From: Nostoc sp. PCC 7120 = FACHB-418
GTDB lineage: Bacteria > Cyanobacteriota > Cyanobacteriia > Cyanobacteriales > Nostocaceae
DNA length: 32,000 nucleotides
Direction of reading: 5' to 3'
NCBI RefSeq assembly: GCF_000009705.1
Contig: NC_003272.1
Coordinates: forward strand, 5,040,001-5,072,000
Positions within the stretch are counted from its first letter, which is position 1; each line of letters starts with the position of its first letter. Position numbers and translations under genes: made by a program. The notes below the pieces were generated by a model, which was not told the origin of the DNA, searched no databases, and worked only from the letters and a program-made list of their open reading frames with translations. Shown here piece after piece: positions 18,477 to 26,752 of the stretch.

Positions 18477-19322
18477 ATGCTAGTTATGCCTGACATCAAA
18501 GAACACGCAGTCATTCTTGCTAGACAATTTCTGCCTTATTACAGATTTATGCGTACGCAAGAATTAACTATTGATAGTAGTCAGGGATTGCAAACAGAGT
18601 TGAACAGCAATTCTATTAAAGTTTTAAATTGGAATATTGCTAAAAATAACTTTGAGAAATTTTGGTTTCAAGACTTTTTTAAAATCCTCAGGCTGTACCA
18701 ACCAGATATCATATTTCTACAAGAAGTCCGTATGGGCGTGAATGTAGAACAAATTATGGGCTTTACAAATATGAGTTGGGCTTATGCGCCTAATTTTATC
18801 GATGCTCATCATCAAACTTATTCAGGTATTTTGACGGCAGCAAAAATTAGTGCGATCGCTAAAAAAGTTATCGTCACTAAACACCATGAGCCTGTGTTCA
18901 AAACTCCTAAGGTTTCGCTGATTACTGAATATTCCTTATCTCATCAGCAACAGACACTTTTAACTATTAATAGCCATCTAATTAATTTTGTCGATTTAGA
19001 TAAATTTAAAGCTCAATTACACGAATTAGAGTTAGCCATATCTACCCATAGGGGTTCGATTCTTTTTGCTGGCGATTTCAATACTTGGAGTCGCAAACGA
19101 GCAGTCCTTTTAGAGAAAACAGTAATTCGATTGGGTTTAAAAGAAGCACATTTTACACCGGAAGAAAATAAAAAGATTAAACGGTTTCTTTTGTCACCCC
19201 CCCTAGATTATATTTTTTATCGTGGTTTGAGTGAAAAACCAGCAACTGCTAAGGTTTTAGATGAAATTTGTTCATCCGATCACAAACCTTTACTGGCAGA
19301 ATTTACTTATATCGATACATAA
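18477..19322 (+). CDS. Endonuclease/exonuclease/phosphatase (EEP) family protein, YbhP-like
   Basis: 281 aa with EEP landmarks: LNWNI, IIFLQEV, GDFNTW and SDHKPL near the C-terminus. The stop is 9 nt before the cls start. Confidence 0.85.
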   Translation: MLVMPDIKEHAVILARQFLPYYRFMRTQELTIDSSQGLQTELNSNSIKVLNWNIAKNNFEKFWFQDFFKILRLYQPDIIFLQEVRMGVNVEQIMGFTNMSWAYAPNFIDAHHQTYSGILTAAKISAIAKKVIVTKHHEPVFKTPKVSLITEYSLSHQQQTLLTINSHLINFVDLDKFKAQLHELELAISTHRGSILFAGDFNTWSRKRAVLLEKTVIRLGLKEAHFTPEENKKIKRFLLSPPLDYIFYRGLSEKPATAKVLDEICSSDHKPLLAEFTYIDT

Positions 19323-19331
19323 TAAATTCAG

Positions 19332-20774
19332 ATGCTGATAGACAGTAGCGTCCTTGCTTTTTTTAGCGCAGCTACAGTTGTTATTCATGGTTTGGGAATT
19401 GCCCATGCTGCCCATGCCGTGATGGATGTGCGTTCTTCTCGTGGGGCGATCGCTTGGAGTATTTCCTTAATCACTTTTCCCTGGCTGACTATTCCTTTAT
19501 ATTGGATCTTAGGCAGAACTAAGTTTCATGGATATTCTGAAGCTATCCGCTCAGTTTACGCCCAACATTATCAATTTGTTCGTCAAACTTATATTGAGAT
19601 TACAAAATTTCAGGTGGTAGTTTCGGCAAAATTGGAACCATTGCAACTATTAGCTGAGGCCTTCATTGGTATTCCTTTTACATCTGGTAATAATGCCAAA
19701 TTACTAATTAATGGTCAGCAAACTTATGCAGCCATGTTGAGTGCGATCGCATCTGCCAATAGTTATATTTTGCTGCAATCCTACATTGTTGTTGATGACA
19801 AAGCTGGGAATGAGTTTAAAGATGCTCTAATTGCCAAGGCAAAGCAAGGAATAAGAGTTTACTTAATTTATGATGAAATTGGTTCTAATAAAATCTCTCG
19901 CCTTTATGTTAAATCTCTGCAAAAATATGATATTCAAGTGAGTGCATTTCATACTACCAGAGGCAGAGGTAATCGTTTTCAATTAAATTTCCGCAACCAT
20001 CGCAAAATTTTAGTAGTTGATGGGAGAACTGCGTTTATTGGTGGTTTGAATATTAGTGATGAATATCTAGGTAAAAATCCTCGCCTGAGTCCTTGGCGTG
20101 ATACCCACATGATGTTAGAAGGCCCCACTGTCCAAAGTCTGCAAGGATGTTTTTTGCAAGATTGGTATTGGGCGACTCGTCAAGTTATCGATGTAAACTG
20201 GCAAGTGCAACCCAATTGGGAAAGTGACTACACAGCATTGGTATTTCCTACAGGCCCCGCAGATAAGCTGAAAGCTTGTAAACTGTTTTTCGTCAGCGCT
20301 ATCAATCAAGCACAAACTCGTCTCTGGATTGCTACTCCCTATTTTGTGCCGGATGATTCCACTTTGACAGCCTTGAAATTGGCAGCACTACGCGGCGTGG
20401 ATGTGCGAATTATTTTACCAAATCGACCCGATCATTTACTTGTGTACTTGTGTTCCTTTTCTTATTACACAGAGATGAAGGCAACGAATATTAAATTATA
20501 TCGATATAAACATGGATTTATGCACCAGAAGGTAATACTGATTGACAAAGAAATGGCAGGTGTGGGAACAGTTAATCTAGATAATCGCTCATTCTTTCTC
20601 AATTTTGAAGTTATGGGTTTTGTTGCCAATTCTCAGTTTGTGAAAAGTGTGGAGGAGATGTTACAAGCTGATTTAAAGGCTGCTTTGGCTGTGGATTTTT
20701 CTGATTATGAGAGGAAATATTTGTGGTTTAAGTTAGCTGTGAGAATATCTAGTTTGTTGAAACCTTTGTTGTGA
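19332..20774 (+). CDS. cls: Cardiolipin synthase (PLD superfamily, two HKD motifs)
   Basis: 480 aa. There are two N-terminal TM helices and two HxKxxxxD motifs (HRKILVVDG and HQKVILIDK), each followed by GG/GT-N-L/I-D/S context. Confidence 0.92.
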   Translation: MLIDSSVLAFFSAATVVIHGLGIAHAAHAVMDVRSSRGAIAWSISLITFPWLTIPLYWILGRTKFHGYSEAIRSVYAQHYQFVRQTYIEITKFQVVVSAKLEPLQLLAEAFIGIPFTSGNNAKLLINGQQTYAAMLSAIASANSYILLQSYIVVDDKAGNEFKDALIAKAKQGIRVYLIYDEIGSNKISRLYVKSLQKYDIQVSAFHTTRGRGNRFQLNFRNHRKILVVDGRTAFIGGLNISDEYLGKNPRLSPWRDTHMMLEGPTVQSLQGCFLQDWYWATRQVIDVNWQVQPNWESDYTALVFPTGPADKLKACKLFFVSAINQAQTRLWIATPYFVPDDSTLTALKLAALRGVDVRIILPNRPDHLLVYLCSFSYYTEMKATNIKLYRYKHGFMHQKVILIDKEMAGVGTVNLDNRSFFLNFEVMGFVANSQFVKSVEEMLQADLKAALAVDFSDYERKYLWFKLAVRISSLLKPLL

Positions 20775-20991
20775 GAGTCATGTAGCACTTTCCAGGCATA
20801 GCATATTATTTTACTTTCCAGTCACTCTCTGCTATCAAAAATCTATCTCTACCTGAACGTTCTTGCGGTATTGGGAATGAAATCAATGGGCGACCAACAC
20901 ATTATATTTTTATTCTCTATTTCAAAGAGTATTGTTTGGGCGATCGCTAATATAGATTGTGAGATAATATATACAAAATTGAAGAAATGTA

Positions 20992-21318
20992 ATGAATATA
21001 AAGCAAACACTCACATCTATTATTAAAGTTATCTCTACGATTCTCATCAGCACTGCTATTGGTTTGGAACTATGGAATATTTATGCAGTAGTTACTAATA
21101 GCAATATTCCCAGCATTTTAAATCCTATTTTCTGGGTCGAGCGCTTTGCTGTAAGTTGCCATTTGTTGGAAGGAATAATCGCCGCTTTTTATGCTCCTAG
21201 CAAAAAAAAGATGCCAATTCAATATGGCATCTATACATTTTTTGTGGGTACAGTTGGTTTATTAGAATTGTTTAGCAAAGAGTCTGAAGATATATGTAAT
21301 ATAAAGGCAAAAAATTAG
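20992..21318 (+). CDS. Small integral membrane protein, unknown function
   Basis: 108 aa with about three hydrophobic helices. Its TAG stop overlaps the stop of the convergent GGDEF-EAL gene. Confidence 0.5.
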   Translation: MNIKQTLTSIIKVISTILISTAIGLELWNIYAVVTNSNIPSILNPIFWVERFAVSCHLLEGIIAAFYAPSKKKMPIQYGIYTFFVGTVGLLELFSKESEDICNIKAKN

Positions 21319-23012
21319 ACTGCTATCGCCTCTTTTGGTTGCAATATTTCCATAATTTCCTTTGCAGGTGCAGGGATACCAAAGTAATATCCCTGGCCTT
21401 CTTGACATCCGCGCTTTTGTAAATAACTAAGCTGTTGCTGGGTTTCGATGCCCTCAGCTGTAATTTTTAATTGTAAGCTTTTTGCTAGGGCAATAATAGC
21501 GTTAGTCACCGCAGCACTATCAGGATTAGAACATACATCCTGCACAAATGACCGATCAATTTTCAGCATATTTACAGGAAAGCGCTTTAGATAATTGAGA
21601 GAAGAATAACCAGTACCGAAGTCATCTAAAGCTAGCCATACGCCTAATTCTCGTAATTGTTTGAGTATTGTGACTGAGCGCTGAATGTCTGTCATTAAAG
21701 AACTTTCAGTGACTTCCAGTTCCAAATACGATGGATGCAGACCACTCTCCTGTATGATTTCACTGACAAGCTCTACTAAATTTGATTCTTCAAACTGTCG
21801 AGCTGACAGGTTTACTGACATCCGTATTGGTGGAAGTCCTGCAAGTTGCCAAGTGCGGTTTTGCAGACAAGCAGTTCGCAATACCCATTCGCCAATTTCC
21901 ACAATTAAGCCGTTGGCTTCAGCAATGGGAATAAACTTGGCGGGAGATACTAAACCTCGTGTAGGATGTTGCCAGCGTACTAACGCTTCAACGGCTGTGA
22001 TTTGCTTAGTCTGTAAATCGATAATGGGTTGGTAATAAACCACTATTTCATTTCGCTCTAATGCTCCATGTAGTTCATTCTCTAAAGCTAATCGTTCTTG
22101 CAGTTGGGCGTTAATCTCTGGCGAATAGAACTGGTGTTGGCTGCGTCCTTGTTGCTTGGCTTGATACAAAGCTACATGAGCCTGCTGTAACAACTGGTCA
22201 ACATCATGAAGATTATCTGGTTGATTAATTGTGATACCGATGCTAGCTGTGATATGAATCTGGTTACCTTGGATAGTGAAAGGTTTATTTAGCGTAGTCA
22301 ATAGCAGTTGTGACAGCTTAATGATACTTTCAATTGAGGGAATTTCTACCCTAGCGATCGCAAATTCATCTCCACTTAAATGGGCTAAAATATCCTTCTG
22401 TGCTAAACAACTGGTCAAACGCTGGGCTACCGCTCTTAATAGCAAATTTGATTGCTCATGTTCTAACGCATGACTTATGCCAGTAAAGTCATCAATTCCC
22501 AATACCATTACAGCTAACATTTTTTGACTGTATTGCTGTGATAAAGCCTGATTAACACGTTCCCGCAATAGCTCCCGATTAGGCAAGCCTGTGAGTTTGT
22601 CATAATTGCTGATATAGTCAATCAACTCATCTAATTTGTGGAGAGTTTGTGATGTATCTGCCATGAGAGTACCCGCTTCATCTACAAATTCTGTAGGCAG
22701 ACTGGGTAAAGTTTTGTTATTGAGGTAGTCTCGCAACGTGGCGGATGTCAAATTGACGGGAATCAGCAGATGGTGAAGTGCATAAAGGGTAACAACCGTA
22801 CCAATTAACGTAGCGAATAAAGCAATAACCAGAACTCTAATTGTCATCTCCCAAGAGTAAGAATTGGAAATGACGAAACTGAAGAGTAAAGTTAAAAGCG
22901 GGATGTGAGTCCCTAAAAACGCCACCAACATAATTTTGGCGGTGTAATTTTTGTTGAGTAACCGAAAATTATCTAAAGTTGAGTATAAGTAGAGCTTCTG
23001 ATTTAACTGCAT
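21315..23012 (-). CDS. Membrane-anchored GGDEF (SGDEF variant)-EAL c-di-GMP turnover protein
   Basis: 565 aa with two N-terminal TM helices. The GGDEF-domain motif reads SGDEF (nt 22362-22376). The EAL domain carries [21 protein letters not shown] and QGY. Confidence 0.92.
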   Translation of the reverse strand: MQLNQKLYLYSTLDNFRLLNKNYTAKIMLVAFLGTHIPLLTLLFSFVISNSYSWEMTIRVLVIALFATLIGTVVTLYALHHLLIPVNLTSATLRDYLNNKTLPSLPTEFVDEAGTLMADTSQTLHKLDELIDYISNYDKLTGLPNRELLRERVNQALSQQYSQKMLAVMVLGIDDFTGISHALEHEQSNLLLRAVAQRLTSCLAQKDILAHLSGDEFAIARVEIPSIESIIKLSQLLLTTLNKPFTIQGNQIHITASIGITINQPDNLHDVDQLLQQAHVALYQAKQQGRSQHQFYSPEINAQLQERLALENELHGALERNEIVVYYQPIIDLQTKQITAVEALVRWQHPTRGLVSPAKFIPIAEANGLIVEIGEWVLRTACLQNRTWQLAGLPPIRMSVNLSARQFEESNLVELVSEIIQESGLHPSYLELEVTESSLMTDIQRSVTILKQLRELGVWLALDDFGTGYSSLNYLKRFPVNMLKIDRSFVQDVCSNPDSAAVTNAIIALAKSLQLKITAEGIETQQQLSYLQKRGCQEGQGYYFGIPAPAKEIMEILQPKEAIAV

Positions 23013-23496
23013 AGATCCTAATGTGGGGTTTGAAAGTTGGCAAATTGGTACTCAGGTATTCTTGTCATCCTGATTCACCAGCCAGTAGAAACAAACCAAT
23101 TGGAGGTTATTTATTATGCTGCCCTAAATAACTATCGAATATATAGAATTTTCATTATAGTTTCTGTAAATATTAGATATTGGGTTATTTATGAAAAAAA
23201 TAATAAAGTAATTTCACTTAGGGATTGATAAAATTTACGTAAAATAAAAATCAAAAGATTTGTGAGTGTAAATGCTTATGCTAGAGCATGGCTTATTACC
23301 AGAATTTTGAGGATAAAACTTGCAGCATATTTGCATGATTCAAATAAACCCTGCTATGCAAGAAAAGAATTGGTAGGATGAGTAGGAGCGATCGCTCCAA
23401 TCACAAATAAAGGCGTTATCTTGAGCCGATCTAAATTATTCTTATATTACTTAAATTTAGTTTTAACTATTCCTATCTAACAAGATTTATCACACA

Positions 23497-23976
23497 ATGA
23501 ATGAATTTAATTCCCATCAAAAAACTGAACAAACTCAGATTTTGGCTCAAGAAGATGAGTTCAAGTTGCAACAAATTAATGCAGAAATTAAAGACTTTAT
23601 GGAAACACTTCCATCACCGATAGTTCTTCAACAATATAATAGTATCTTGCCCAATACATCTGAACGAATTATTGCTATGGCAGAGAGAGAGCAAGAACAC
23701 AAACATAAGATGCGGGAAAAGCTTATAGATGCTCAAATCTCTGAATTTAAACAAGAAAGGTATGAGAGAAGATTAGGGCAAATTTTTGGGTTTTCTCTTG
23801 GTGTTATATCAATTATAGCTGGTTCAATTATAGCAATTTGGGAATCTACTTTAGCTGGTAGTTTCATTGGTTCAACGGGAGTTATAGCTTTAGTCTTTCT
23901 TTTCCTTTTTAGTAGTAAAAAATCACAAAAAAACAGTTATATATTAGAACTTAAAAATACCGATATTGTGGAATAA
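23497..23976 (+). CDS. DUF2335-like membrane protein
   Basis: 159 aa. LPSPIVLQQYNSILPNTSERIIAMAEREQEHKHKM followed by two TM helices matches the DUF2335 pattern as I recall it. Confidence 0.7.
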   Translation: MNEFNSHQKTEQTQILAQEDEFKLQQINAEIKDFMETLPSPIVLQQYNSILPNTSERIIAMAEREQEHKHKMREKLIDAQISEFKQERYERRLGQIFGFSLGVISIIAGSIIAIWESTLAGSFIGSTGVIALVFLFLFSSKKSQKNSYILELKNTDIVE

Positions 23977-24030
23977 ATTTTAAAATATTTCGATAGAATG
24001 TAAGGGATAGGAGTAATAGGAGCGATCGCT

Positions 24031-24588
24031 GTGACTCTAACAACTGCAAAGTGGAAGATTGACGACTATCATCGCATGATTGCAGCCGGAATTTTGACAG
24101 GGCGACAGGTGGAATTACTCAATGGAGAGGTTGTAGAAATGGCCCCAGAGGGAGAATCCCACGCTTATTGCAGTGATGAGGCGGGAGAATATTTAATTTA
24201 CCTGTTAGGAAATAAGGCGAAAGTCCGCCAAGCCAAACCAATTACCTTACCTGATAGTAACTCAGAACCAGAACCTGATATTGCGATCGTGCAACGCTTG
24301 GGGAAGGATTACAGATAACACCATCCTTATCCAGAAAACGTTTTTTGGGTAATTGAGTATTCAGATTCAAGTCTAACTAAAGACTTGGAAGTGAAAACCA
24401 AGATTTACGCCGCAGTAGGGATTCCAGAATATTGGGTAATTAATTTACGAACTATGCAACTTATTGTATTTAGACAACCTACAGAAAAAGGTTATCAGTC
24501 ACAAGAAATATTAACGCAGGGAAGTATTAACCCTTTGGCATTTACTGATATTGCCGTTTCTATTGAGAAATTATTGGGTAATCAATGA
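24031..24588 (+). pseudogene. Uma2-family (DUF820) endonuclease gene interrupted by one in-frame TAA
   Basis: Track ORFs 24031-24318 and 24385-24588 are in the same frame (offset 354 nt). Reading through the TAA at 24316-24318 gives ...IAIVQRLGKDYR*HHPYPENVFWVIEYSDSSLTKDLEVKTKIYAAVGIPEYWVINL..., a continuous Uma2 core (E-x-S-D-S-S, GIPEYW). Confidence 0.8.
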
Positions 24589-24842
24589 CAGTGAGTATTT
24601 GGACGTATGTCTAAATTGTTATGTGTTTATTGAACAGCTAACATTAGTAATATTTATTAATTTGCTTAATATTTATAGAGATATTGAGTAACTCCAGAGT
24701 AGATACTTGATGCACGAAAACTAAATTTTCTTACTTTAAAGTATGTGTAAATATTTACTTTATAATTGACCATTTTAACCCACAATGTATACAATATATT
24801 ACTAAGCTTTTCAAGTTCCAATACCATGATTACAGTATTTAT

Positions 24843-26024
24843 ATGAATAACAATTACTCTTTTGATGATGATCAAAATTGGTTTGAAGATTACTCTAATG
24901 AAGAGGATGATTTTCAAATTGATGAATATGATTTGACCTCTACACCTAATGATTTTAATGTACTAACAATTTATAATTTTATGGAATCTGGAGCAGTAAA
25001 AATACCTGGATTTCAAAGAAACTACGTTTGGGATTTAAATAGAGCATCAAAACTAATTGAATCCATAATTCTTGGGTTGCCAATTCCGCAAATATTTCTT
25101 TATGAAGAAGATAGAAATAAATTTTTAGTGATTGATGGTCAACAACGTTTAATGTCAATTTATTATTTTATGAAGCGTAGATTTCCTGTTAAGGAGAAGC
25201 GAGTTGAATTAAGGCTGATTTTTGAAAAATTCGGCAAAATTCCTGATGACATACTACACGATAATAATTATTTTATAGATTTTGATTTAAGTCTCCCACA
25301 AAAACTTCCTAAACAACCAAACAAATTTAAAGGTCTTAATTATTATACTTTAGATGATTACAAAACACAGTTCGAGCTTAGGCCTATCCGTAACGTAATA
25401 GTTAAACAAAACTTTCCTAAGGATGATGATTCTTCAATATATGAAATTTTTAATCGTTTAAATTCAGGTGGAGTTAATTTATATCCACAAGAAATTAGAG
25501 CTAGTTTATATCATTCCCCTTTCTATGAGATGCTCAATCGTATCAATATGGAACAAGGATGGCGAGATTTATTACATATGAATGAGCCGGATATTCACAT
25601 GAAAGATATTGAACTTTTGCTTCGAGGTTTTGCTATGCTGATTGATGGCGAAGATTATGCTCCCTCACTACCCAAATTTTTAAACAAATTTTCTAGAAAA
25701 AGTAGAAATAATTCTCATGAACAAAATCAATATCTTGAGAATTTATTTAAATCCTTTTTAAAACAATGTGAGTCTTTACCGCAAGAACCATTTATGAAAA
25801 AACGTAATAATCGATTCCATATAGCCCTTTTTGAAGCTGTATTTACTGCAATATGTAAGTCAAAATTCTTGCAAAGACAGCTATTAGATCACCCTTTAGA
25901 TATTAATAAAATTAAGCAGCTAGAAAACGATGAGCAATTTGTAAAAGCTTCATCGGAAGGAACAACAAAGACATCTAACGTAGAAACTCGTTTAGAACGA
26001 GCTACAAAAATATTAGGAGAATAG
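24843..26024 (+). CDS. DUF262 (ParB/Srx-fold, GmrS-like) domain protein lacking a DUF1524 nuclease domain
   Basis: 393 aa with IPGFQRNYVW (aa 54-63), DGQQR (aa 98-102, nt 25134-25148) and FNRLNSGGVNL. The C-terminal ~180 aa look helical and have no His-Me/HNH-like motif. The N-terminus is acidic. The start could instead be M47 (nt 24981). Confidence 0.85.
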   Translation: MNNNYSFDDDQNWFEDYSNEEDDFQIDEYDLTSTPNDFNVLTIYNFMESGAVKIPGFQRNYVWDLNRASKLIESIILGLPIPQIFLYEEDRNKFLVIDGQQRLMSIYYFMKRRFPVKEKRVELRLIFEKFGKIPDDILHDNNYFIDFDLSLPQKLPKQPNKFKGLNYYTLDDYKTQFELRPIRNVIVKQNFPKDDDSSIYEIFNRLNSGGVNLYPQEIRASLYHSPFYEMLNRINMEQGWRDLLHMNEPDIHMKDIELLLRGFAMLIDGEDYAPSLPKFLNKFSRKSRNNSHEQNQYLENLFKSFLKQCESLPQEPFMKKRNNRFHIALFEAVFTAICKSKFLQRQLLDHPLDINKIKQLENDEQFVKASSEGTTKTSNVETRLERATKILGE

Positions 26025-26035
26025 GAGATATTGTA

Positions 26036-26566
26036 GTGCTTGAAGATACGGGTGTAGATAGACTCTACAAAGAGTTTAAAGATTTAGTAGTATATCTTGA
26101 AAAGGATAACGAAATATCACTCAAAAATACGGTAGATGAAAATTTTAGGAAGGCTTTACTACTAGCAGCAGCAAGCTATTTTGAATCTCGCATAACAGAT
26201 GATATTGTCAGATTTGTAGACGAAACATCTAATAAAAATAAAGTTTTATTATCTTTTGTACAGAATAAAGCTATTAGTAGACAATATCATACCTACTTCA
26301 ATTGGAAAGAAACAAATGCCAATACTTTTTTTGGTTTATTCGGAGAAGTCTTTTCAAATTTTCTCAAGAAAGAAGTAAAAGATAATGATCAACTTAATTC
26401 TTCTATTAAAGCATTCCTTGAAATAGGGCGTGAAAGAAACAGACTAGTACATCAGGATTTTGGTACTTTCTCATTAGAAAAAACTTCTGATGAAATATAT
26501 GAACTATATAAGAAGGCTTTAATGTTTGTAGATTCTTTCCCTGAGAAGCTTCGCCAATGTTTATAA
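26036..26566 (+). CDS. HEPN-like protein (Rx4H motif), partner of the DUF262 gene
   Basis: 176 aa. The GTG start lies 11 nt after the DUF262 stop and is preceded by GGAGA. The composition looks helical. RNRLVH (R134-H139, nt 26435-26452) lies near the C-terminal third, as in HEPN RNases. Confidence 0.7.
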   Translation: MLEDTGVDRLYKEFKDLVVYLEKDNEISLKNTVDENFRKALLLAAASYFESRITDDIVRFVDETSNKNKVLLSFVQNKAISRQYHTYFNWKETNANTFFGLFGEVFSNFLKKEVKDNDQLNSSIKAFLEIGRERNRLVHQDFGTFSLEKTSDEIYELYKKALMFVDSFPEKLRQCL

Positions 26567-26752
26567 GAAAACAAATATTAGACTAGTAATTTTTATAGAA
26601 TTGTTAATTAAATCATTAATATATCTAGTACTCGTATTTGTTTAGAAAACTCAATACACATATATTCCCTTTTTCCTATGCCCTGTTACCTGCCTACGAA
26701 AGTCACTTTGGTAATCAAATCTAATTCCTACATATCTAGCGCAATAGTCAAA

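Noticed and set aside
19053-19062. GGTTCGATTC, a tRNA T-arm-like motif
   Set aside because: It lies inside the well-supported EEP-family CDS. I found no flanking acceptor or anticodon stem pairing.
23037-23228. 63-aa plus-strand ORF upstream of the GGDEF-EAL gene
   Set aside because: The sequence is AT-rich and promoter-like, the peptide is Ile/Tyr/Asn-rich, and there is no RBS or recognisable family.
24666-24917. 83-aa minus-strand ORF overlapping the DUF262 gene start
   Set aside because: The peptide is extremely Ile/Lys/Phe/Tyr-rich, as expected from AT-rich DNA. It overlaps the DUF262 promoter and 5' end on the opposite strand.
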